From positions 62,001-126,000 of IMG/VR virus record IMGVR_UViG_3300023175_000005: 64,000 nt of DNA. One strand, given 5' to 3'. Below, piece after piece: positions 46,353 to 57,600 of the stretch. A model generated the notes under the pieces. That model worked only from the letters and a program-made list of their open reading frames with translations, did not search any database and had not been told where the DNA came from. A program made the translations under genes and the position numbers. How positions within the stretch are numbered: the first letter of the stretch is position 1; each line of letters opens with the position of its first letter.

Positions 46353-47168
46353 ATGTGTCAAGTTATAATACCAGCAAATGCAGTTGTGCCTCCAAGACAG
46401 TCTCCAACTGATCAAATAGCACAACAAGATAGTCAAGGTACACAAGCATTACAATGGCCACCAGGAACAATCGGCGATTTGCGAGATGGAGATCCTGTTA
46501 CAGGAGTAGATGGCGGACAGGGTGGAACAGGTGGCAGTCCTCATTTTTTCAGTTATAATAATCCTAACAGAGGTGGAGTAGAACAAATTACCAATATTCC
46601 TCCAGCAGATACTCCATACGGTGCGCTTGCAAATACGCTTGTTGCCTTTAACAGACTAGACTGGACTGAAAAAGGATCTCCACCAAATCCTAATATCTAT
46701 GCTTGTTATGTAACTGCTGGCAGATCAGGATATACAAGAGATTCGGGTGCAATTGATTATGCATGGTGTGCAGCATTTGTAAGTCATGTATTAGCAACCG
46801 CAGGTTTAGAAAGTTTTAACACTATGGGAAGTCAAGAATATAAGCGGTACGGACGGGCAATTGATTGGAGAGATTTGTCTAAGATTAGAAAATACGATAT
46901 TGCTGTTTTAAAATCTAGAACACGTAGCGGAGGTCATGTAGGGTTTGTTTGGGCTGTAGAACCAGGAAGTTTTAAGATACAAATTGCCGGAGGCAACCAA
47001 GGCGACAATTATAAAGTTTCTAACTACTGGATTAACAATCCTGATGCAAATTTATATCTTACTGATATTCGTAGGAATTGGGACATACCTCCCAAATATG
47101 ATATTGCATATCCAACAGGAGATACAGCAGTTGACACTGGCGGAATAACACAAGGGAGTGTGATATGA
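46353..47168 (+). CDS. CHAP/NlpC-type (TIGR02594-like) peptidoglycan hydrolase
   Basis: AWCAAFV, GHVGFV and GGNQ motifs. Confidence 0.8.
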   Translation: MCQVIIPANAVVPPRQSPTDQIAQQDSQGTQALQWPPGTIGDLRDGDPVTGVDGGQGGTGGSPHFFSYNNPNRGGVEQITNIPPADTPYGALANTLVAFNRLDWTEKGSPPNPNIYACYVTAGRSGYTRDSGAIDYAWCAAFVSHVLATAGLESFNTMGSQEYKRYGRAIDWRDLSKIRKYDIAVLKSRTRSGGHVGFVWAVEPGSFKIQIAGGNQGDNYKVSNYWINNPDANLYLTDIRRNWDIPPKYDIAYPTGDTAVDTGGITQGSVI

Positions 47169-47713
47169 GTTCAATTGATAATGTTTTAACAACTTATCCT
47201 ATGTCTAGTAGAGAAATCAACAGACTTATTGATAAAATTGATATGAGCACTGATATAGCAGATGACGGTTATCCTGTAGGATTGACTGATTTAGAAAAAC
47301 AGCAATATGATAATATAATTGGACCTTTACAATTTTACGCTGCACAAATCGCAAGACAAGCAGAAGCAGCATTTGCTGAACAAGTAGAAGATTGGGATGC
47401 TAGAGTTGATACTAGGGTAAATGGAAGAGAGTTTATACGTAATGGATTGATGTTAAATTCTACTCCTGAAGAAGTACAAAAACTTATATCTCAAGCACTA
47501 CTAGACGATTTTAATCGTCAAAAATTTGAATTAGATTTAGCGTACAGATTAGAAAGAATTTTTCCTTGGCAAAAAGAGGAAGTTACTTGGAAAAACGCAG
47601 ACGCACCCATAAACTTAGGTCTAGATTGGGCTCTTGAAATGTATGACAAATACAATGCAAGATCTGATGAAGATTTTAGACGTCTTGCAATTAGACAAGC
47701 AATCAGATACTAA
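47165..47713 (+). CDS. Hypothetical protein (182 aa)
   Basis: Overlaps the upstream stop (ATGA-type coupling region), GGGAG RBS; no recognised motif. Confidence 0.7.
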   Translation: MSSIDNVLTTYPMSSREINRLIDKIDMSTDIADDGYPVGLTDLEKQQYDNIIGPLQFYAAQIARQAEAAFAEQVEDWDARVDTRVNGREFIRNGLMLNSTPEEVQKLISQALLDDFNRQKFELDLAYRLERIFPWQKEEVTWKNADAPINLGLDWALEMYDKYNARSDEDFRRLAIRQAIRY

Positions 47714-47721
47714 ATATTATT

Positions 47722-48168
47722 ATGAGTACACTAGAAAAAAATCTGTATAAAAATTTAAAGGTAAGACAAAAATCTTATCAAGTGTCTAATCCTGTAAGAA
47801 GTAAATCTTATAGAGGAGTAAGCACTACAGATCCTAACACAAAAAATTTCAACTATACAGATATTGAACTAATAAAAAGAGATATTTTAAATCATTTTCA
47901 CATTAGAGTAGGTGAAAAATTAGAAAATCCTAATTTTGGTACAATTATATGGGATCTTTTATACGAGCCGTTTACACCGGATGTAGAGCAAGCAATTATT
48001 GCAAATGTAACTGAAATTGCAAATGCAGATCCTAGAGTTACATTAACAGATGTACAAGTAGATTCTTTTGAATCAGGTATACAAATACAGTTAACTTTAC
48101 TATTTTTAGAGTACAATATATCTGAAGTTTTACAATACGAATTTGACCTAAATAACGAAATCTTTTAA
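47722..48168 (+). CDS. gp25: Baseplate wedge subunit gp25
   Basis: LIKRDILNHFHIRVGEKLENPNFGTIIWDLLYEP...DPRV. Confidence 0.9.
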   Translation: MSTLEKNLYKNLKVRQKSYQVSNPVRSKSYRGVSTTDPNTKNFNYTDIELIKRDILNHFHIRVGEKLENPNFGTIIWDLLYEPFTPDVEQAIIANVTEIANADPRVTLTDVQVDSFESGIQIQLTLLFLEYNISEVLQYEFDLNNEIF

Positions 48169-48224
48169 AGTACGTGTATTATAATCCTAGATAAATATTA
48201 TAAATTAATGTTAAGGAAGTGCCC

Positions 48225-51200
48225 ATGTCTTCTATAGATAGACAAAACAGATTATTGCTTGCTGAGGATTGGACAAAGATCTATCAGAGTTTTAATAACG
48301 CAGAATTCAAATCATATGACTTTGATACATTACGTAGAACAATGATAAGTTACCTACGTAAAAATTATCCAGAAGATTTTAATGATTATATTGAAAGTTC
48401 AGAATATCTTGCAATAATTGATATGATTGCGTTTCTTGGGCAAAACCTTTCATATAGAACAGATTTAAATGCAAGAGAAAACTATTTAGAACTTGCAGAA
48501 CGTAGAGAAAGTGTACTCCGTTTAGCAAGACTATTAAGTTATAATGTAACACGTAACCAAGCAGCAAACGGCTTTCTTAAAATTACAGCAGTTCAGACAT
48601 CCGAAAATGTAATTGACAGTAATGGAAATAGTCTTTCAGGTAGAAGCATTTTATGGAATGATAACGTTAACAATGACTGGTTTGAACATTTTGTTAAAAT
48701 ATTAAATGCAGCAAACAATGTATCTAATCAATTTGGACGTCCTGTAAACAATCAAGTTATTGACGGTATTCCAACAGAGCAGTATACATTTGAAACTAAT
48801 AATGGCGGTATTCCAATTTATGCGTTCAATCGTGACGTAAATGGCGAAGGTTTAGATTTTGAAGTTGTAAGCACAATTATTGACAATGGTGAATTAAAAG
48901 AAGCAACACCTAAACCTGCAGAGCCATTAAGTTACATTTATAGAGATAACGGCAGAGGACCTGGTGCATCTAGTACAGGATTCTTTATGCATTTTAGACA
49001 AGGTAGATTACAAAGAGGTGACTTTGGTGTAGACTTTCCAGTGCCTAATCAAAAAATTGACATTGATACAACAAACATTAACAATTCAGATGTTTGGCTT
49101 TTTGGATTAGATAGTTCTTCAAGAGAAACTACAGAATGGACAAAAATTGATGCTGTAGAAGGAAATAATATTGTTTACAATAGCATTTCAAAAAATATTA
49201 AAAATGTCTTCAGTGTGCTATCTAGAGCAGACGACAGAATTAGTTTAATTTTTAGTGACGGCGTTTTTGGCAATTTGCCTACCGGAACATTTAGAGTATA
49301 TTATAGAACAAGTGCAAATTCAGATGTTGTTATATTGCCAACCAATATAAAAGATGTACAAGTTACTATTCCTTATATCAGTTCAACAGGTAGAACTGAA
49401 ACACTTGTTCTTACATTGTCATTACAAGAAACAATTTCTAACAGTGCAAGTAGTGAAAGTACAGATAGCATTAGAAATAATGCATCTTCAACTTACTATA
49501 CTCAAAACAGAATGGTAACAGGCGAAGATTACAATGTTGGTCCACTAGGTGTAAGCCAAGACATTATTAAGGTAAAATCACTAAACAGAATTGCAAGCGG
49601 TATTAGTAGAAATTATGATATTTTAGATGCTACTGGAAAATACAGTAGCACTAATCTATTTGCTACTGATGGTATTTTGTATAAAGAGTATATTGACGAA
49701 GTTACAAGCTTTGACTTTACAACACGGTCAGATATTTTACAAACAGTTTTAAACAAAATTACTCCATTGTTACAAAGTAAAAATATTAGAAACTTTTACT
49801 TAGAAAATTATAACAGACAAGATTATCGTGAATTAGGTTTAGTGTGGCACGAAGAAACAATCGATACAAACAGAACTACAGGTATGTTTGAAGATAGTAA
49901 CTTAATTAGATATACAGTAGGATCATTCACTGAAGGACCGTTGCGTTTTATTGAACCTGGTGCAATGGTTAAATTTACTGCACCATCAGGTTATCATTTT
50001 ATGACTAATGATGACAATAAACTTATGCTAGGTGATGCAACACATAGATATTCAACTTCATATATTTGGACAAAATGTATTAGTGTTACAAACGGTGGAA
50101 ACACTGTTGATGAAACTACAGGACTAGGCGGTGTTGTTTTTAATGATGCTATACCTGACGGTGCTGTTTTAGATAGTACAATTCCTAAACTTAGCACACA
50201 ATTGATTGTAGATATTCAAGGTCAAATGGTAGATCAAATTTTCTCGTACAATACTTTTGGTTTGCGGTACGATAGAGAATCTAGATCTTGGAAAGTTATT
50301 ACTCAGGACAATTTAAATATCACAGGTAATTTTAGTTTAGGACAGGCCGGAGATGTAAGTAATTCACGTATTGATAGCAGTTGGTTGTTTTTGTTTGAAA
50401 CTGACGGCGAAACTTATACTGTAACTTATAGAACATTGCGTTACATATTTGAAAGCGATTCAGAATTAAGATTCTATTTTGACAACAACAAAAAAATATT
50501 TGATAGTAAATCAGGTAAAATTATTAGAGATAGAGTATCAGTGCTAAACATCAACAATGATGTAAATTCTAGTACAGGAACAGAATCTTACACATTAGAT
50601 TATGATTGGGAAATATCAAGTGTATATAGAGACCAAGACGGTTATATAGATAGTACTAGAGTTGAAGTTGCGTTTTTTGATAGCGACGATGATGGGGTAA
50701 TTGATAATCCAGACTTGTTTACAGAAATTGTAGATTCTACAAATTATATTTTCTTAAAAGCCAAACAGCAAAATAATACAACTGTCTACAATTATGTTTC
50801 TGCAGAAAGTGAAAATATGAATGTTGTAGGGTTTAGCACAGACATTAATTTATTAACACCTAATAATCCTAAGTATTATGTAAGTGCAACAGACGAATTT
50901 TATATTTTAGACTCTGTTAATAGAACATTATCACCTTCTTATGATTATAAAGCATTTATAGGTCGTGATAGTATAAGTTTTAGATATGTACATGCAAGTG
51001 ATGAAAACAGCAGGATTGATCCTAGCAGCACAAACGTAATTGATGTGTATCTAATGACACGAGCATACGATACAGCATTTAGACAATACCTAAGAAACAT
51101 TGTTACAACTAAACCTTTACCATTGAGCAGTGATCAAATGGCAAGGTATTATGGCGGTGAAATTGAAAAAGTAAAATCTATAAGTGATGAAATAATTTAC

Positions 51201-51692
51201 CATCCTGTTAAGTACAAAGTGCTATTTGGAGATAAAGCAGATATAGATTTACAAGCAGCAATTAAAGTTGTAAAATCTAAAGAACGTGTAATAAATGATA
51301 ATGAATTAAAAGTTCGTATTGTGCAAGCAATGAATGAATTTTTTGCATTAGACAATTGGGACTTTGGCGAAACATTTTATTGGAGTGAATTAAGTGCATA
51401 TATTATGAAGCAATTAGCACCTGATATAAACAGTATTGTAGTTGTTCCAAGACTTGCAAGTAGTTCATATGGAAGTTTACAAGAAATTAAATGTGATTCA
51501 GATGAAATATTAATAAGTGGTGCAACTGTTTCTGATATAGAAATAATTGAGGCACTAACTTCAGAAAGACTTAAAGCGTCTGGTACAGTAGTTACTCAAA
51601 GCGAATTTGTAGGAAGCGGAATACAAAGTGCAGAAGAAACTACAACAGATAATTTTATAATTGGTTCTACAGATAATACCGGAGGCTATTAA
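48225..51692 (+). CDS. gp6: Baseplate wedge subunit gp6
   Basis: SYDFDTLR, ARENYLELAERRESVLRLARLLSY, FSDGVFGNLP and TQNRMVTGEDY motifs; late promoter at 48192. Confidence 0.85.
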   Translation: MSSIDRQNRLLLAEDWTKIYQSFNNAEFKSYDFDTLRRTMISYLRKNYPEDFNDYIESSEYLAIIDMIAFLGQNLSYRTDLNARENYLELAERRESVLRLARLLSYNVTRNQAANGFLKITAVQTSENVIDSNGNSLSGRSILWNDNVNNDWFEHFVKILNAANNVSNQFGRPVNNQVIDGIPTEQYTFETNNGGIPIYAFNRDVNGEGLDFEVVSTIIDNGELKEATPKPAEPLSYIYRDNGRGPGASSTGFFMHFRQGRLQRGDFGVDFPVPNQKIDIDTTNINNSDVWLFGLDSSSRETTEWTKIDAVEGNNIVYNSISKNIKNVFSVLSRADDRISLIFSDGVFGNLPTGTFRVYYRTSANSDVVILPTNIKDVQVTIPYISSTGRTETLVLTLSLQETISNSASSESTDSIRNNASSTYYTQNRMVTGEDYNVGPLGVSQDIIKVKSLNRIASGISRNYDILDATGKYSSTNLFATDGILYKEYIDEVTSFDFTTRSDILQTVLNKITPLLQSKNIRNFYLENYNRQDYRELGLVWHEETIDTNRTTGMFEDSNLIRYTVGSFTEGPLRFIEPGAMVKFTAPSGYHFMTNDDNKLMLGDATHRYSTSYIWTKCISVTNGGNTVDETTGLGGVVFNDAIPDGAVLDSTIPKLSTQLIVDIQGQMVDQIFSYNTFGLRYDRESRSWKVITQDNLNITGNFSLGQAGDVSNSRIDSSWLFLFETDGETYTVTYRTLRYIFESDSELRFYFDNNKKIFDSKSGKIIRDRVSVLNINNDVNSSTGTESYTLDYDWEISSVYRDQDGYIDSTRVEVAFFDSDDDGVIDNPDLFTEIVDSTNYIFLKAKQQNNTTVYNYVSAESENMNVVGFSTDINLLTPNNPKYYVSATDEFYILDSVNRTLSPSYDYKAFIGRDSISFRYVHASDENSRIDPSSTNVIDVYLMTRAYDTAFRQYLRNIVTTKPLPLSSDQMARYYGGEIEKVKSISDEIIYHPVKYKVLFGDKADIDLQAAIKVVKSKERVINDNELKVRIVQAMNEFFALDNWDFGETFYWSELSAYIMKQLAPDINSIVVVPRLASSSYGSLQEIKCDSDEILISGATVSDIEIIEALTSERLKASGTVVTQSEFVGSGIQSAEETTTDNFIIGSTDNTGGY

Positions 51693-54600
51693 TGGCATAC
51701 GATAAAGAACAAAACGAAAGTGGTTTGCCTACTGATAACAACGAAAATCCAAAAGCAATTGATTTTCTGCCAAAATATTTTAGAACAGATGTAAACAAAA
51801 AGTTACTATCTAGCACCATACAGCAAATGATCAATCCAGGTGCTGTTGAAAAAATTAATGCTTTTGCAGGTAGACGTAATTCTAAAGTAAACCAAGTCAG
51901 TGATGTTTATCTTCCTGATGTAACTCCTGACAGAGAAAATTATCAATTTGAACCTAGTATTGTATACAAAGACGAATTAGATAATGTTTTGTTTTATAAA
52001 AACTATCCTGATTTTATCGGACAAATTAAAAACTTTAAAGGCCCTACAGAAAATCATAATAGTTTAAACTCGCAAGAAATGTATTCTTGGAATCCACATA
52101 TTGATTGGGATAAGTTTGCTAATTTCCGTGAATACTATTGGTTACCTTTAGGTCCTTTGCCTATTCCTGTATTTGGTGAACAAAAAGAAATTGAAAGCAC
52201 TATTGTTGTGTCAACAGTAGTTGACGACGATAATACTGCATTCTTGTTTAGTTCGAGGGGAGCAACAAGAAATCCTACACTAAGATTGTTTAAAGGACAA
52301 ACTTATGTTTTTGAAATTAACACTCCTGGGCATCCATTTACTATTGGAATTACAAGAGATTTTACTGATACAGATCTAGGATTTAGTGTAGAGCAAGAAA
52401 TTAGTAGTGAAATTTATGACAAGGATATGTTAAAATATGTTTATGACGAAGAAGGTAGACTTGTTTTAACAGAAGATGATTATATTGAGGAAGGGGTAAT
52501 AAAATGGACTATACCTGACGATGTTCCAGACAGTCTTTATTACCTTAGCCAAAACGATATAAACACAAGTGGTATTATTTTAAGTTTTGCTATAGAAGAA
52601 AACACAGAAATCGATCTTGCTGAAAATGTTATTGGTAAGAAAACCTATAAAACAGGCACAGGCGTACAACTTTCAAATGGCATGAAAGTTTATTTCCAAG
52701 GTACTGTTACACCACAAGAATACAGTGAAGGTTTTTTTTACATTGAAGGTGTAGGCACAAGCATTAAATTAATTCCAGAAAATGATTTAGAAGTTCCTAG
52801 TATCTTTACAAGTGATGTAGAAATTGCATGGGATGAATATGGATTTGACGAAGTACCGTACGAAGACGCTGCAAGTTTTCCAGGTACAAAAGATTATATT
52901 ACAGTTAATAGATCAAGTCATGACAGAAACCCTTGGTCACGTTATAATAGATGGTTCCATAAGGATGTAATTGAAAAAAGTTATGAAGTTAACAATACTG
53001 AAATAAATCTAGATCAAAACTTTAGAGCAAAAAGACCGATCATTGAATTTAACGCAGGACTTAAATTATTCAACCATGGTACATTTGCAAAGAAAAATGT
53101 TAATTTAGTTGATAATTTTACAAAAGATGCTTTTAGTAATGTAGAAGGAAGTCTTGGATACAACATAGACGGTGTAGATCTAACTGACGGAATGCGTGTA
53201 TTATTTACAGCAGACCCTGACAGTTTTGTAAATGGTAAAATTTACGAAGTTAATTTTATTACACATAACAGCCGTAGGCAAATTAGTCTTGTTGAAACTA
53301 CTGACACTATGCCTTTAGAAAATGAAACTGTACTTGCGTTAGAAGGTGAATCGCTAGGCGGCAAGATGTTTTGGTACAATGGTACACAGTGGATTCAGTC
53401 ACAAGAAAAAACAGGTGTAAACCAAGCACCACTTTTTGACGTTTTTGATCATGACGGAACAATTTTAAACGATGAAATAACATATCCTGCGTCAGACTTT
53501 ATTGGTAATAAAATTTTTAGTTATAAAGAAGGCACCGGATCTGATGATACAGAATTAGGATTTCCTCTAAAGTATAGAAATATTTCTAATATAGGAGATA
53601 TTGTATTTTCGTTTGATTTACAAAACCAAACAGTAAGATATCAAAACGAATTGCGCGAAACACTTACAACACAAACTGATACAGGATTTTTGAAAAAGTT
53701 TTCCGATATTAGCACATTTGATTATGTAAACGGATGGACAAAAACAAATATATTAAGCAGACAGGCAGTAATACAACAGCAACTTACAGTTGATGATGAA
53801 GTTAATAATTTTCCAATTACTGTTTTTAACAAAAGCGGTACTCTAAGTGATTTAGTTGTTAAAGCTTATGTTGATGGTAAAAAAGTTTTAGATTCTAAAT
53901 TTACTATAGACAATATAAACAATATAGCAACTGTAATTTTTCAAGAAGATTTAGAAGTTGGAAAAACACTTGTGTTTAGATGTTTTTCTAACACTCCAAA
54001 AAATGAAAATGGTTACTATGAAATACCTGTAAACTTAGAAAAAAATCCATTAAATGATAACTTAGTTGACTTTACGTTAGGTGAAGTAAATGATCATGTA
54101 GAATCTATTATTGAAGAAGTACAAGGCTTTGACGGCATTTATCCTGGCGTTAGTAATCTTAGAGATTTAGGAAATGTTACACATTATGGTAAGCGTTTTG
54201 TACAACACAGCGGACCATTTAATTTAGCAGCATTCCATATTACTGATAAAGAAGCAAATATTGTTAAAGCAATTAATTTTGTTAGATCAGAATACGGTAA
54301 AACAAAACGAAGACTAATTGCACTTGCTAATGAAAGCGGTATAGAAGGAACTGCAAAAGATCAATTAGATGCAGTGCTTGAAAGATTTTCTAAAGAAACT
54401 GTTTCATATAGAAATTTCTATTATGGTGACATGGTTGGTAAGAAAGCAAATACAAGCACAACACACAATATAGATAACAGTGAAGAAACATATTTTGCTA
54501 TTGGTCTTACAAATTTTGATATAAACAAGTTGTCTAATCAAGCAGTATATGTTTATCTTAACGGAGTTCAACTTCTAAAAGATAGAGATTATACAATAAG

Positions 54601-57600
54601 CGATAACTTTGTTAATATAACAGCAACACTTGCAAAAGGCGATGTTGTAAGAGTTGATGAATTTGAAAATACAAATGGATGTTATATTCCGCCAACACCT
54701 ACTAAATTAGGTTTGTTTCCTTTATATTATCCTGAAATTCAAAAAGATCATACAGTAAGACCTGCTGTAAAAACATTTGTTACACCTAGAGCCCAAACAC
54801 GCTTTGTACTAGAAAATGTTAACAAAATTATCGAAGCAACTGATCTTATTGTACAAGTAGGTGATGTCAAAGCATATGCTAATGTTGATTATAATATAGA
54901 AAAAGTAAGAAATGGTTTATTTTATGTAGACTTTGTAGAACCAGTTGCAGCCAATGAAAATGTAATCATAGGATTTCCGCAAGTAGTTATTCAAGGACAT
55001 GATGGAAGTTTAACAAAAGCATGGAATGATTTTAGAGATGACTTTTTGCTAGAGTATGAATATAGAGTATATAATAATATTAAATTAAAATATGATGCTA
55101 GTGTTTTAGATGTAAACAATTTTATTCCTACATTTGACAGAGATACTAAATTTACCAAAGAACAAATTGATAACAGTATACTTGGAGATTTTACAAGTTG
55201 GTTAGAAGATGCAGGAAATTTAACTTATACTGAAAATAACTTTTATGATGCAAGAGACGGATTTACATACAACTATAGTTTTATGTCAAATACAGACGGC
55301 GAGCCCTTAAAAGGATTTTGGAGAAGTGTGTATAAAACATATTATGGCACTGATCGTCCTAATACTCATCCATGGGAAATGGTAGGATTAACAATTAAGC
55401 CTACATGGTGGGATGAACAATACGGACTTGCTCCTTACACAAGTGATAATATTTTACTTTGGACAGACATGGCAGAAGGTATTGTAAGAACACCTGGCAC
55501 TGTTCCACAAAAAAATAAAATGTACAAGCACTCAAAATTACTTAATGCTATTCCGGTAGATAGCAACGGTAAGTTAGTTGATCCGTATAATGCAGGACTT
55601 GCACAAAACTATAAATTTGACACAGCAAGTAATAACTTTGTGTTTGGCGACGAAGCACCTGTCGAGACTGCATGGAGAAGAAGTTCAGAGTTTCCGTTTG
55701 CATTATTAAAGGCATGGATGTTAAATCAATCTGCACAAATTTTTGGTCTAGCTTTTGATAGATCACGCATAAAAAAGAATTTATCAAATCAATACGTCTA
55801 TACTGAAACAAACAAAGCAATACGTTGTGAAGATTTAGTATTCCCTAGTATTACAAGTGACGAAGATATTACTCTTACAAGTGGACTTGTAAACTTTGTT
55901 GCGAGTTACATGTCTTCCAAGTATAGTTCAAATTATAATAATTATAAGCAAAGACTAAAAGGATTAAAAAATCAACTGTCAATTAGAGTTGGCGGGTTTG
56001 CAAGTAAAGAAAAATTAAAATTAGTTTTAGATGCAAGAAGTCCTCTAAACAAAAGTAGTAATTTTGTACCAGAAGAAAATTATCAAATTTTCTTAAACAC
56101 ATCAAGTCCGTTGGAAACGTTTGTCTTCAGTGGCATGATAATTGAAAAAACAGCAGATAACACATATATCTTAAAAGGCTACGATGGCGATAATCCTACG
56201 TTTCCTTTTTACAGACCATTAGAAACAAATTCAGATACATCGATTACTGTAGGCGGCATTTCTGCAGATTATGTTGTATGGACTGAAGATCAACAATATA
56301 CAATTGGTACAATTGTTGAGTATCAAAATAACTGGTATAGAACAACAACTACTCACAAGAGTGCTGAAACATTTGACGCAACAAAATTTGCTAAGTTGCC
56401 TACACTTCCAGTTACTGGTGGCATTAGTGCAAAAATTAGAAAAAGATATGAAACTACCGTTTCGTATATTTCTTATGGCACAATTTTAGAATCAGTGCAA
56501 GAAGTTGTTGACTTTATGCAAGGATATGAAAAGTTTTTAAAACAGCAAGGATTCAGACTAGACTATTACAATAGAGAAACAGATAGTTTAGAAGACATGA
56601 CTTTATGCATACAAGAGTTTATGTTCTGGGTAACACAAAACTGGGAAGCAGGGACAATCCTTACAACTAGTCCGTGTGCAAATAGGTGTATCTTTACTGC
56701 TCCGTATTATGTTGTAGATGATATATTTGATGATTTTTACGGTTATAACCTGTTGTCGGGAAATGGTGAAAAACTAGGCAGAGATCTAAGCAACATTTAT
56801 AGAGATGATACAAATACATTTGGTATTACACCTTCAAACACAAATGAAGGAATTTATTTAATTAAACTACCGCTTGTGCAAACAGAGCATGTTATTTTGT
56901 TAGATAACGCAACAGTTTTCAACGATGTAATTTACGATGTAGCGCCGGGCTACAGACAGGAAAGAATCAAACTTGTAGGTTATAGAACAGACAATTGGGA
57001 AGGTGGCTTAAACATTCCTGGATTCTTCTATGACAATGTGAAAGTTGATTTTTGGAAAACTTATGAAGATTATGCAGTAGGCGATGTTGTTAAATTTAAA
57101 GAATTCTTTTATTCGGCAAATGTAAAACACAACAGTGGAGAAGTTTTTGTTTCTGCAAACTGGAATAGATTATCAGAAGAACCTAAAGCAGAACTATATC
57201 CTAACTTTGATTACAGAGTAAATCAGTTTACTGATTTTTATGATTTAGATACTGACAATTTTGACACAGAACAACAGCGTTTAGGACAACATTTAATCGG
57301 TTATCAAAAACGTGAATACCTAAGTAATATTATTCCTGACAGTGTAAGTCAATATAAGTTCTACCAGGGATTTATACAAGAAAAAGGAACAAAAAATTCT
57401 CTTACAAAATTGTTTGATGCACTAAGCACATCGGGCGAAGAAAGTCTAAAGTTTTTTGAAGAATGGGCAATTAGAGTCGGATCTTATGGTGCATTAGATA
57501 ATAAGCAAGATTTAGAGTTTAAATTAAACGAAAGTAACTATAAACTAGAACCTCAATTATTTGAATTAACAAACAACAAAACAGATGATGCAGATTTAAT

